Source of the DNA: Mobula hypostoma
Lineage: Eukaryota
NCBI RefSeq assembly: GCF_963921235.1
Contig: NC_086097.1
Location: 62,622,001-62,686,000, forward strand
Direction: 5' to 3'
Length of the DNA: 64,000 nt
The notes under the pieces are model-generated. The model was not told the origin of the DNA. It saw only the letters and a program-made list of their open reading frames with translations, and did no database searches. Position 1 is the first letter of the stretch. The number at the start of each line of letters is the position of its first letter. This document shows positions 50,346 to 62,783 of this stretch, one piece after another. The translations under genes were made by a program, and so were the position numbers.

Positions 50346-52065
50346 GGTAAAGGTAGTTTACAAATAAAATAACCAGAGATTATTGGAGTCAAGGGGCAAG
50401 AGTTCAAAATATCCTCAAAAGTCCTCCACCATACCCCCTTAACCATTGCCCTTCCACCTTTGCCCTAATTACAACAGGTAATCAGAACAGTGTTTCTCTC
50501 AGCAAAATATACATTGCATGTTGGCACAGGCATCACACTTAAAAAATTGTTACTAAATCCGAGGACAAATCTGGTCAAGGCTCTTGGACCACTTGTCTAC
50601 TTGCTTCCAATAATGTGTTCAAAGACAATTTCCATGACATGTTTTCATGCACTAAGTTCCATTCAGAAAAGATATTCATATAAAATCCATGCTTCACTTC
50701 AGTTCTATAAGTACACATCTTGCAAAAAGCAAACCTCAAATCAGGAGCTAAACTAGCATAACAAACATTTCAAATTTAGTTCAAGCCTGAACACTCATTT
50801 GAACTACACACACTAAAGCCACTTTCCATTCAAGATATATTGAATACATTAAGAAAACTTACAACAGACTGTCTGCAGCAGAAGATTCCCAGGATAACAA
50901 TCTCCTTTTTTCTCACCAGAGCTATGAAACCCAATCTGTCAAAAAGACAATGGAATGACATCTTTGAATTTTTCAGCAGTTGGTTCAGGCTGAAAACTCA
51001 GTGCTGATCAGCCAAGCTTTAAGCCAATGTGTAAGAATGTCTTTTTTTGGATTGGTTGAAAAAGGAGGGAGGGCAAATAGCCAAGATTCTGTCCTTACTG
51101 CCTATCCCAGTAGAGCCTACAGTTATTTTCCTCCAAGAACTAATACATATATTGTATTAAACAAATTACAATTTGCTGAGAACATTCAAAACAAATTCAA
51201 TAATTCTGAAGTGTAGTCATTGGAGAAAACAAAATCAATTTCCATATGCTCAAGTCCCATAAGCATCAATGAGATTAATGAACTGTGTTGTGGCTGAAAT
51301 TCTTTGTGCTTGCATATTACATGAAGATAGTGGAATAGAATTCCATAAGTAGATGCTAACACATTCACATACAGATTATGCATTTAGTGTCTAGGTGAGA
51401 GGGTATTCTTTTTAGGTTTTGGTTGAGGGGTGAATATTGCTCAGAACACCAGACAGAATATATCTGACTTTTCTCAAAAATCATAAGACAAAACTTTTAT
51501 TTTCACAAGACAGCACTGTTGTTTAATGTTATGTCCCCAAAAGCAACACCACTTCGGTATCTCATAGCATGTGGGATTTAATTTACATGGTCTAAACACT
51601 AAGCATCCAACCTTCCAACAGCAAATGCAGTCTCAGCTGGACAATGAACTATTTTCCCCTTGGCAATGGGAGGACAAGCCTTCTCCAATGCTTCTCACAT
51701 GCAGTATTCTAAAGCGTCAAGGCCGAAATATTATGCTGATATCCCAATTGGTCCACAAGTGCCCCACAACTACTCTAATGTCAGTCAGCTGCACAATCTT
51801 CCACCATTTTCCCCTTACCCCAGTGTGGGCACATAACCCAGAATAGGTAAGCTCAGGTCAGGGATAAACTAAAAACACGCAACAGATCAGAGAGCATCCA
51901 CAAGCCACAAATAAAAGCTTTGTGCTATGATCTTGAGAAAGGTCAGAGATACTCTCCTTGGTATTCCGAGCATTAGCCATCCCTCAGCCCGGGAAGGAAG
52001 AACGGAGTTAACTTATTGCGTCAAAGGCAGATGCTGCTTGACCTGCTGAATGCTTCTTGCACTTT

Positions 52066-52308
52066 AACAGGAATTCTGCAGATGCTGGAAATTCAAGCAA
52101 CACACATCAAAGTTGCTGGTGAACGCAGCAGGCCAAGCAGCATCTGTAGGAAGAGGTGCAGTCGACGTTTCAGGCCGAGACCCTTCGTCAGGACTAACTG
52201 AAGGAAGAGTCCTGACGAAGGGTCTCGGCCTGAAACGTCGACTGCACCTCTTCCTACAGATGCTGCTTGGCCTGCTGCATTCACCAGCAACTTTGATGTG
52301 TGTTGCTT
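52066..52308. mobile_element. Near-perfect 101-bp-arm palindrome of Penelope termini
   Basis: Arms 52095-52195 and 52208-52308 (one mismatch), 12-bp spacer; degenerate 15-bp TSD TGCTTCT(T/C)GCA(C/T)TTT. Confidence 0.9.
52208..52243 (+). ncRNA. Minimal type I hammerhead ribozyme motif (mirror copy on the minus strand at 52160-52195)
   Basis: AGUC-CUGACGA-AGGGUCUCGGCCU-GAAA-CG-UC-GACU: stem I AGUC/GACU, conserved core, and stem III reduced to palindromic ACGU. Confidence 0.7.
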
Positions 52309-53095
52309 CTCGCATTTTCTTTTTTTTTAGACATTAAGCATTTGCATTTTTGTGCTAGTTCACATTCAAATCAGTATCGACTTGACTAGCTACTTATTGG
52401 AGAACAGTATTCACAACTCTTCCAAAAATGCACTCTAGCTTCCAGTTGAGAGAAGGGTAACTCTCCATGTAAATATTCATTTACTATTTCAACCTGTTTT
52501 ATTTCCAGAAGTGATAGTAAAGACTTGGCTAGCTGATAAAACTGAGAAAACACACACACAAGCCACAGAGAGCTGTGTGAAGGTTGTTTTACACAAGGTA
52601 GTAAGCATTAGTGTATTTCAATTTAGTTGCATTTTCCTGTTCGATGGGACTGGCATGTTGGTCTTGGCAGTTCCCAGGCTAGTTTGCCTTCCCTACAACT
52701 CTACTGATAACCTGATTTTCCTCCGTCCCTTGGCACCTGTTAATAATTTGTCCAAGTCAGGGAAAATCTTCCAAATGCAGGAGGAGCTGGATAAATGACA
52801 CCAGTGTGAGCATAGCATTCCTCCATTCATGCACTGATACAACCTAAACCTTCCATGTGCATACTGACTGCAGACATACAGTACAATAACTTAGGCAGTA
52901 AGTTAGGTGTGCTTGAAGACCTCCATTCACCACAGAGGCATTGGGACTGCACAGATCTACACCCACCAATCTTTCTCACCAGGAAACAAGCAGCAGGTTA
53001 ATTTAGGCCAATGAAGTAGAGAGGACATAAATCAAGGTGGCAATTACATTTACTAGTGAATCAGTCAGCAGGAAAATTTTACACGCGCTCTCTTG

Positions 53096-53173
53096 AAAAG
53101 TATCTACAAAGTTTGAATATCCAATTATTAGTCCAAAAGTATCTACAAAGTTTGAATATCCAATTATTAGTCC
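53096..53173. repeat. Perfect 39-bp tandem duplication
   Basis: AAAAGTATCTACAAAGTTTGAATATCCAATTATTAGTCC twice. Confidence 0.95.
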
Positions 53174-53477
53174 ATTAGAATTTATCTCATGTCTTTTTAT
53201 ACGTGCATTTACTGTATTCAACTCTTACAGCACACTTCAAAGGAGCTTGGAGCAATGTATGGATATAAATGGTTTCACCTCTAAGTTTTGGGAGTGTTTC
53301 AAAAATTTCAGCAGCAGATTGAAGAGGTTGTTTTTAACTGGCCTCTTTTATAATTGATGTAGGTCAAAGACTTTTTATTAACACAAATTTTAGATAAAAT
53401 TGAAACCAATTTCAGACTAAGTTGTTGAACAATATTCAATGGGGAAAATATGGTTGAAATGTAATTAAAAATAATAA

Positions 53478-54135
53478 TGCCATGGAGGAAAATAGACAGT
53501 TGGCATTTGGAGCCGTGACCTTTCGTCATGATTGGAAAGAAAGAGGGGAGGTAGCCAGTATAAAGAGGTGGGGGTTGAGGGGTAAAACAGGAGCTGGTGA
53601 TGGTAGATCCAGGTGAGGGGAGTGATAGAAATCATGCCAGACTGTGATAAGTGAAAGTGCCAAAAGGCTGAAGATAATGGATTGTTCTAGGAGACTATGG
53701 AATAATGGTAGAGAGGGGAATGGATAGGAGGAATGTGTGGGTGATGTGCAGGTGGAGAGGGAATGGAAAAACACAAGGAGATGGTGGGGCAGTTGGACAG
53801 GATGGGAAAAAGAAAAAACAAAATAGAAAGGAAGGATGGGGGTGAATCAGTTACCTGAAATTTGAGGATTAGTGTTTATGCCACCAGGTTAGAGACTGCA
53901 CACGCAAAATATAAGAGTTTATCCCAATAATTTTTGTTTGATCATGACCTGGCAGCAGAGGAGGTTGTGAACAGCATGTCAGTGTGGAAATGTGCAGAGG
54001 AATTTAAAGAGCTATCACAGCAGATGTGGTGGAGGTACTCGATGAAGCGTTCCTCCAGACTTGTGTCCAGTCTCACCTATGATAAGGGAGCAAAACTGGA
54101 TGCCATGAATAACACTGATGAATTCACATGTGAAG
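53478..54135 (-). mobile_element. Old Penelope-like fragment
   Basis: Degenerate terminus (GACCTTTCGTCATGATTG), purine tract, and IGETGHK remnant of the GIY-YIG domain. Confidence 0.6.
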
Positions 54136-54269
54136 GAATGCATCATCACAAAAACAGAAAAGAGCAAGAATGGGCTGTTCAAAATATTCAGCAGGTCAGG
54201 CAGCAAATGTCGAAAGAGTGATATTTAAAGATTCAGGTCTGTCGTCAACACTGTGTAACTCGGTGGGTG

Positions 54270-56480
54270 CTGCACTCTTCCCAATGGAATCTCCACATCC
54301 ACTCTATTTAGACCTTTCTATATTCAATAGGTTTCAATAAGTTACCTCATCATTCTTCTGAATGCCAGTGAGTACTGGCCTAATGCCGTCAAGCGCTCTC
54401 CTAATGTAAACCTGTTCCTTACCAGAATCGTTCTTGTAAATCTCCTCTTGGCCCTCTCCAGTGCCAACACATCTTTTCTTAGATAAGGGGCCCAATATTC
54501 CTCACAATACTCCAGCTGCAGTCTGACCAATGCCTTTAAAGCCTCAGCATTATGACCCTGCTTTTATAGTCTACTCCTATTGAAATGAATGTTAATATTG
54601 CATTTGCCTTCCTCACCACCAACACAACTTGCAAAATAAACTTTAGGGAATAGAAACATAGAAACATAGAAAATAGGTGCAGGAGTAGGCCATTCGGCCC
54701 TTTGAGCCTGCACCGCCATTTATTATGACCATGGCTGGTCATCCAACTCAGAACCCCGCCCCAGCCTTCCCTCCATACCCCCTGACCCCCGTAGCCACAA
54801 GGGCCATATCTAACTCCCTCTTAAATATAGCCAATGAACTGGCCTCAACAGTTTCTTGTGGCAGAGAATTCCACAGATTCACCACTCTCTGTGTGAAGAA
54901 GTTTTTCCTAATCTCGGTCCTAAAAGGCTTCCCCTCTATCCTCAAACTGTGGCCCCTCGTTCTGGACTTCCTCAACATCGGGAACAATCTTCCTGCATCT
55001 AGCCTGTCCAATCCCTTTAGGATCTTATACGTTTCAATCAGATCCCCCCTCAATCTTCTAAATTCCAACAAGTACAAGCCCAGTTCATCCAGTCTTTCTT
55101 CATATGAAAGTCCTGCCATCCCAGGAATCAATCTGGTGAACCTTCTTTGTACTCCCTCTATGGCAAAGATGTCTTTCCTCAGATTAGGGGACCAAAACTG
55201 CACACAATACTCCAGGTGTGGTCTCACCAAGGCCTTGTACAACTGCAGTAGTACCTCCCTGCTCCTGTACTCGAATCCTCTCGCTATAAATGCCAGCATA
55301 CCATTCACCTTTTTCACCGCCTGCTGTACCTGCATGCCCACTTTCAATGACTGGTGTATAATGACACCCAGGTCTCGTTGCACCTCCCCTTTTCCTAATC
55401 AGCCACCATTCAGATAATAATCTGTTTTCCTATTTTTGCCACCAAAGTGGATAACTTCACATTTATTCACATTAAATTGCATCTGCCATGAATTTGCCCA
55501 CTCACCCAACCTATCCAAGTCCCCCTGCATCCTCTTAGCATCCTCCTCACTGCTAACACTGCCACCCAGCTTCGTGTCATCCGCAAACTTGGAGATGCTG
55601 CATTTAATTCCCTCATCCAAGTCATTAATATATATTGTAAACAACTGGGGTCCCAGCACTGAGCCTTGCGGTACCCCACTAGTCACCGCCTGCCATTCTG
55701 AAAAGGTCCCGTTTATTCCCACTCTTTGCTTCCTGTCTGCTAACCCCTGATTTCTGAATTGTTTCCCCATTTATTCTTCTACCAAAGTGCATGACCATAC
55801 ACTTCAAACACTATATTCCATCTGCCACTTCATTGTGCATTCTCCTAATCTGTTTTAGTCTTTCTGCAGGCTTCCTGCTTCCTCAGCACTCCATGCCCCT
55901 CCTCCTATCTACAAACTTGTCATCCAAGTCATTGACGTATAATGTGAAAAGAAGCAGTCCCAATACCAACCCCTGCAGAACATCACTAGTTACCAGCAAC
56001 TAACCGGAAAAGTCCCCCTTTATTTCCACTCTCTGCCTCCTGCTGGTCACCTTGCCTGGTATTTCCTCAAAAATTCCCAACAGATTTATCAGGCAGGATA
56101 TCCCTTTAATGAATCCATGCTGACTTTGGCCTATTTTACCACGCACAACCAAATGCTCCAAAACTTCATCTTTAATAACAGATTCCAACATCTTCTCAAC
56201 CACCGAAGTCAGGCTAACTGGCCTCTAATTTCCTTTCTTTTGCCTCCTCCCTTCTTAAAGAGTGGATAGATATTTGCAGTTTTCCAGTTCTCCAGGACCA
56301 TTTCACTATCTGCTGATTCATAAAAGATCACTACAAATGCCTCCACAATCTGTTCAGCCACCTCTTTCAGAACTCTGGCGTGTAGTCCATCTGGTCCAAG
56401 TGACTTATCTAATTTCAGAACTTTCAGCATCCCAAGCATCTTCTCCTTAGTAATAGCAACTACACTCACTTCTGCCTGCT
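54270..56480 (-). mobile_element. Older CR1 remnant interrupted by a young CR1
   Basis: VRLQLEYCEEYWAPYLRKD on one side; KSLGPDGLHARVLKEVAE and GQSQHGF on the other. Confidence 0.8.
54651..55745 (-). mobile_element. 5'-truncated young CR1 (RT C-terminal half + tail)
   Basis: Near-identical to 2401-3487; one CGA>TGA stop at 55399-55401. Confidence 0.95.
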
Positions 56481-57853
56481 AAAACTCTCTTTTACTCTTC
56501 ACGTCTGAAAAAATGTGGTATCTTTTTTTGTATTATTGGCCTGCTTACCTTCATATTTCATCTTTATTGGCTAGCTTACCAAAAGCTAGGGTTTTTGTTA
56601 GATGAGCCCAATCATATCGAGGGATTACTTTGAGTGTGACAGTCCCAACCTTATTAGAATCTCTGGTCACTGATGCTGGTTAGGTGCAGTTATGTGACAG
56701 CATGCTTAAAGCATCGGGCAAATGAAGAGTTTCACAAAATGATCGCATTCACATGTACAGATTTTCGGAGGAAAGATTGCCAGTCTCTCTGTAGGGGTCA
56801 AGAAGATTAGCTGTTTGTTTCCTTTTATACCAACTAGTCTCAGGAAATGTTCTGGAAAATGAAATGCAGAAAAATAAACGATTCTGAAGAGGATGAGATT
56901 TTTGACTGATTATTGAACCAAACCTCCACAGTCAACGATTTATAAAACCTTTACAAAATCAGCTGGCAGCACTCCTTTGGAAATGATATGGTAATTAACC
57001 TTTTCATTCCTAATAGGTTTGCACAGCTGGTTGTTCTAAATGTACCAGGAGATATCAAGGTGGTATCCACAAGAATCCATTGCAGCTCCCCTCTCTACTC
57101 CCCACTCACTTCAATTTCTTGACTGTTTTCATAAGTTTGCATTCCATTTCTGAAATATTATTCTTGTAATACTTCAAGTAAAAACAAATTCCACAGAACA
57201 GATTTGACTATTACATCATTTTTTTTAGGATATGTAACCTCTCAAGCAATCAAAAGGCTGAATATTAATATTCATGCAAAGGGGACTGAATTACCCATTA
57301 AAAGCAACCAATGTAGTTATATTATAGGATCAGATATATTTTTCTGTGGCTTTTCTTTAAACATCTGATGCATAAGCTGATAATTCCTACTGGAAATGTA
57401 CGATAATGTCAAGTCAATCATAGCTGTACAGCACAAAATGCAGTCATTTACAAAATCTTGCTCAGTTTTCTAATAAATTATTATCACAACATACTCTAAT
57501 GTAGAACAGAAGAAATAGGAGCAGGCGGGATCATTATTTCCCTCAAGCCTGCTCTGTAATTCAATAACACATGATCTTGGCCCAACTCCAGGTTGATTAT
57601 TACTGACATATGTCGTAGAATTTGTTTTGCGAGCAGCAGTATAGTGCAAGACATAAAAATTATGATAAATTACAATAAATAATTTGTGTAATAGACTTAT
57701 TTTAGATGAGGCTCAAGATGGAATACCTCAGGAATGAGAAGAAGCTAGAGTTGGGCTGCATTTGTTTTCAGGGAGTGGAAGAGGCAGAGAAAGGGTCTAC
57801 AAAATTATGAGAACATAGACAGAGGGCATATTGTTTTAACTTTTCCTCATAGC

Positions 57854-58284
57854 TGTTGCAACGAATGAGGCGAACCCAAGCGCAGGACACAGGCACAGAG
57901 GATGTGTTAGGATGCAGACGCAGGCGTGAGCATTGACAGCAAACAGGAGAGAGTGCAGGAAGGCAGGAGATAGGCAGAACTGATCTTGACACGGAGCGAC
58001 TGAGTTTCACGAGTAAACCTCGGAACTGGAGTAGAACTTAGAAAACTTATCTTGACATGAGGAGACTAAGTTTTACAGGTAATTATTGGTCTTGATGCAA
58101 AACTTAGAACACACAGTCCTAAGTGGCCGGGAAACGTTAATAACTACACAGGCAAAACCAACGATCTGGCAACTAGTGGGTGCAAAGCTGGGGTTCTTAT
58201 GCTGCAGGTCTTGATGAAAACCAGGTGCATCATAATCAAAGGGAATTAGGAGAAAATGGGGAATTAATGGTCGGGACTGCGACA
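57854..58284 (-). mobile_element. Solo LTR (431 bp) inserted in an old CR1 fragment (about 57690-58510)
   Basis: TGTTGCA...TGCGACA termini; perfect 5-bp TSD ATAGC (57849-57853, 58285-58289). Strand is tentative. Confidence 0.85.
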
Positions 58285-58518
58285 ATAGCAGAAATGCCAA
58301 TAATGAGAGGACATAGGTGAAATGTAAGGGACACAAGTTTTAGAAGAAATAGAAGAAAGATTTTTTTTCACCCAGAGGGTGGCTTTATTTGGAAAGCATT
58401 GCTTGACAGCATGGTGCAGTCAGAGACTCCCACACCATTTAAGAAGTTTTTAAATGATTACTTGCATCAACAAAGCACAGGAGGCTACAGACTAAGTTTT
58501 AGTAAATGTGAAGTTAGG

Positions 58519-60912
58519 CATAGTCATAGCCATAGTCATAGTCATAGTCATACTTTATTGATCCCGGGGGAAATTGGTTTCCGTTACAGTTGCACCATAA
58601 ATAATTAAATAGTAATAAAACCATAAATAATTAAATAGTAATATGTAAATTATGCCAGGAAATAAGTCCAGGACCAGCCTATTGGCTCAGGGTGTCTGAC
58701 CCTCCAAGGGAGGAGTTGTAAAGTTTGATGGCCACAGGCAGGAATGACTTCCTATGACGCTCTGTATTGCATCTCGGTGGAATGAGTCTCTGGCTGAATG
58801 TACTCCTGTGCCCAACCAGTACATTATGTAGTGGATGGGAGACATTGTCCAAGATGGCATGCAACTTGGACAGTATCCTCTTTTCAGACACCACTGTCAG
58901 AGAGTCCAGTTCCATCCTCACAACATCACTGGCCTTACAAATGAGTTTGTTGATTCTATTGGTGTCTGCTACCCTCAGCCTGCTGCCCCAGCACACAAAA
59001 CAGCAAACATGATCACACTGGCCACCACAGACTCGTAGAACATCCTCAGCATCGCCCGGCAGATGTTAAAGGACCTCAGTCTCCTCAGGAAATAGAGATG
59101 GCTCTGACCCTTCTTGTAGACAGCCTCAGTGTTCTTTGACCAGTCCAGTTTATTGTCAATTCATATCCCCAAGTATTTGTAATCCTCCACCATGTCCACA
59201 CTGACCCCCTGGATGGAAACAGGGGTCACCGGTTCCTAATCTCTCCTCAGGTCTACCACCAGCTCCTTAGTTTTTTTCACATTAAGCTGCAGATAATTCT
59301 GCTCACACCATGTGACAAAGTTTCCTACCGTAGCCCTGTACTCATCCTCATCTCCCCTCTGATGCATCCAACTATGGCAGAGTCATCAGAAAGCTTCTGA
59401 AGATGACAAGACTCTGTGCAGTAGTTGAAGTCCGAGGTGTAAATGGTGAAGAGAAAGGGAGACAAGACAGTCCCCTGTAGAGCCCCAGTGCTGCTGATCA
59501 CTCTGTCGGACACACAGTGTTGCAAGCACACGTACTGTGGTCTGCCAGTCAGGTATTCAAGAATTCATGACACCAGGAAAGCATCCACCTGCATCACTGT
59601 CAGCTTCACCCCCAGCAGAGCAGGGCGGATGGTGTTGAACGCACTGGAGAAGTCAAAAAACCTGACCCTCACAGTGCTCGCTGGCTTGTCCAGGTGGGCG
59701 TAGACACGATTCAGCAGGTAGATGATGGCATCCTCAACTCCTAGTTGGGGCTGGTAGACGAACTGGAGGGGATCTAAGTGTGGCTTGAACATTGGCCAAA
59801 GCAGCTTCAGAACAAGTCTCTCCAGGGTCTTCATGATGTGGGAGGTCAATGCCACCGGTCTGTAGTCATTGAGGCCGCTGGGGCATGCCATCTTTGGCAC
59901 AGGGACGAGGCAGGACGTCTTCCACAGCACAGGAGCCCTCCGGAGCCTCAGGCTCAGGTTGAAGACATGGTGAAGTACTCCATATAGCTGAGGGGCACAG
60001 GCTTTGAGCACCCTGGTACTGACACCATCCGGTCCTGCAGCCTTGCTTGGGTTGAGACGTTTCAGCTGTCTTCTCACCTGTAGAGCTGTGAAGCCCACCG
60101 TGCTGATTTCATGTGGGGAAGGGGTATAGTCATGAGAGTAAGGTGGGGGTCTGTGAGGAGGGGTAGGAGGGGAGAGTGGAATATGTGTTGGTTGGGGGCC
60201 AACAACAGATGACTCATGTGGGGGATGGGCAGGAGCCAAAATGTCAAATCTTTTAAAGAACAGGTTAAGTTCTTTGGCCCTGTCCACAGTGCCTTCAGCT
60301 CCTCTGTTGTTAGTTTTCCAAAACCTAGTGATGGTCCTCATCCCATTCCAGACCTCTCTCATGTTGTTCTGCTGGAGTTTCCACTCAAGCTTCCTCCTGT
60401 ACCTGTCTTTAGCCTCCCTGATCCTGGCTTTCAGGTCTCTCTGTATTGCCCTCAGCTCCTCCCTATTTCCATTTCTAAATGTCCTCTTTTTAACGTTCAG
60501 GATGTCCTTAATGTCCTTTGTCACCCATGGCTTGTTATTTGAATAACAAAGGACAGTTCTTGTCGGAACATTGCAGTCCACACAGAAGTTGATGTAATCA
60601 GTGATGCACTCTGTGAGCCCATCAATATCCTCTCCATGTGGCTCACAGAGCGCCTGCCAGTCTGTCACCTCAAAACAACCCTGGAGCACCTCAGAAACCT
60701 CCTCCGACCATTTCCTCACTGTCCTCGAGGTTGCAGGTTTACTCTTCACCAGAGGCACGTAGCAGGGTTTTAGATGCACCAGGTTGTGATCTGACCTTCC
60801 CAACGGGGGGAGGGGAGAGGAGCTGTATGCATCCTTAATGTTAGCGTACATCAAATCCAGAGTCCTCTTCCCTCTAGTTGTACAGCTCACATACTGCGTG
60901 AAGTTGGGCAGT
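58519..60912 (-). mobile_element. 5'-truncated Rex1/Babar-type LINE with (ACTATG)n tail
   Basis: APE end (TLDLMY, GRSDH); KAAGPDG, DYRPVALTS, FFDFSSAFNTI, GALQGTVLSP, LSDD; several stops; (CATAGT)n at 58519-58552. Confidence 0.9.
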
Positions 60913-61109
60913 AGGACGCACATTCAAGCTTTCAAACCAAATGGGCAGAAGAGTGGCTGAAGAGGTTTAACAGAAAAGTGGGAAATGTTATGCTTGCCAG
61001 AATAAGGAGAGTTACAATCTAATATGAATAAGCAACAACAGAGCGATCTGGGAGTATACATGCACATATCTTAGAAAACGATAGGGCATATTGAAAGTGA
61101 GGTTGTGTC

Positions 61110-61829
61110 CAAAGCTTCAATGTCCATTTAGGAACTGGATGGCAGAGGGAAAGAAGCTGTTTCTGAATCGCTGATTGCGTGCCTTCAGGCTTCTGTATCT
61201 CCTACCTGATGGCAACAGTGATAAAAAGACGTGCCCTGGGTGCTGGAGGTCCTTAATAATGGACGCTGCCTTTCTGAGTCACTGCTCCCTAAAGATGTCC
61301 TGGGTACTTTGTAGGCTAGAACCCAAGATGCAGCTGACTAGATTTACAACCCTCTACAGCTTTTTGCGGTCCTGTGCAGTAGCCCCTTACCAGACAGTGA
61401 TGCAGTCTGTCAGAATGCTCTCCACGGTACAACTATAGAAGTTTTTGAGTGCATTTGTTGACATGCCAAATCTCTTCAAACTCCTAATAAAGTATAGCCG
61501 CGGTCTTGCCTGCTTCATAACTAAATCAATATTTTGGGACCAGGTTAGATCCTCAGAGATCTTGACACCCAGGAACTTGAAGCTGCTCACCCTCTCCACT
61601 TCTGATCCCTCTATGAGGATTGATATGTGCTCCTTCGTCTTACCCTTCCTGAAGTCCACAATCAGTTCTTTCGTCTTACTGATGTTGAGTGCCAGGTTGT
61701 TGCTGCAGCACCACTCCACTAGTTGGTGTATCACACTCCTGTACGCCCTCTCGTCACCACCTGAGATTCTATGAACAATAATAGTTGTAACGTCAGCAAA
61801 TTTATGGATGGTGTTTGAGCTATGCCTAG
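61110..61829 (-). mobile_element. Rex1/Babar-like fragment cut by the Gypsy insertion
   Basis: HKFADVTTI...KTKELIVDFRK...FKFLGVKISEDLTW. Confidence 0.85.
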
Positions 61830-62684
61830 TGTTACGAGAATACACATAAAATTAAGATGTTTGCTGGCCTGGGCTAGCATCAGTGGCATCAGCAGTTGGT
61901 CTGCCACCTGCCCTCAGGGGAAGGAGAGATAAGGAACAATGGAGCAGCGTCTGGAGATGTGTAATGAAGGGATGTGGGAGGAAGAGCTGTCTGGAGCGGC
62001 TCCCCCCTTTGAGCCCTGAACTGTTTGAAGTGATGGACAGGCGATACCCCAGCAGGGGGATAAAAAGGGACAGGTTCGCTAAGACAGACACACACGCCAC
62101 CCGAGGTAACGAGACCCTGGAAGCGGTGCGCTTCTCACGAGTGGGTGAGAAGTCCCAGACAACGACAAGGGTGGAAAGGTACGATCAGCGGGAACCCGGT
62201 GTGTGTCCGCCCTTGCCTGGGTGCCGGGTTCACTGCAGAGGATCGACCGCATCTGGAGGAGGGGTCACAGTCGGTGACCTCAGGTGACATCACCAAGGAC
62301 CTGCCCAAAAGCTGTTTGTGAGCCATCCCGCTGGTCTGTGAGTGAAGCTGCGCTGAATGATGAGTTGTTCTCTCTGTCTCTCTTCCCCCACCTTGTCCAT
62401 CGCCATGGCAACGATTACTGCGAACTGAACTGCAAACTGGACTGAACTTTGAGTCATTTTGAAATTGGTCATTTACCCCTAGACAACGATAGAGCTTGAT
62501 TGATGCTGTTATCTTAATTCTGTGCACATGTGTGGTTATCATTGTTGAATTGTTGCATTTATTATCCTTTCGATTACTGTGTTGCTTGTTTCTTTAATAA
62601 AACTTTCTTAGTTCTAGTACTCCAGACTCCAACTGAGTGATCCATTTCTGCTGGTTTGGCAACCCAGTTACGGGGTACGTAACA
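61830..62684 (+). mobile_element. 5' LTR (855 bp) of a Gmr1-like Gypsy retrotransposon
   Basis: TGTTACG...CGTAACA termini, GATAAAAA TATA-like box at about 62059, AATAAA at 62596, followed by the primer-binding site and gag. Confidence 0.9.
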
Positions 62685-62688
62685 TAAG

Positions 62689-62708
62689 TGGGGTTCTCGT
62701 CCGCGATT
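62689..62708 (+). promoter_or_regulatory. Primer-binding site, tRNA-Pro-like (imperfect)
   Basis: TGGGGTTCTCGTCCGCGATT versus the canonical Pro site TGGGGGCTCGTCCGGGAT, 4 nt after the LTR. Confidence 0.75.
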
Positions 62709-62783
62709 TTGAACGCTAAATTTGGGACGGAGTAAATTGATTGGGTTAAAATTCCCGAAAGAAAGAAAAGACAAACAGCAGAA

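Noticed and set aside
58519..58552. His-Ser repeat peptide (HSHSHS)
   Set aside because: It is the (ACTATG)n 3' tail of the Rex1/Babar-type LINE read on the other strand.
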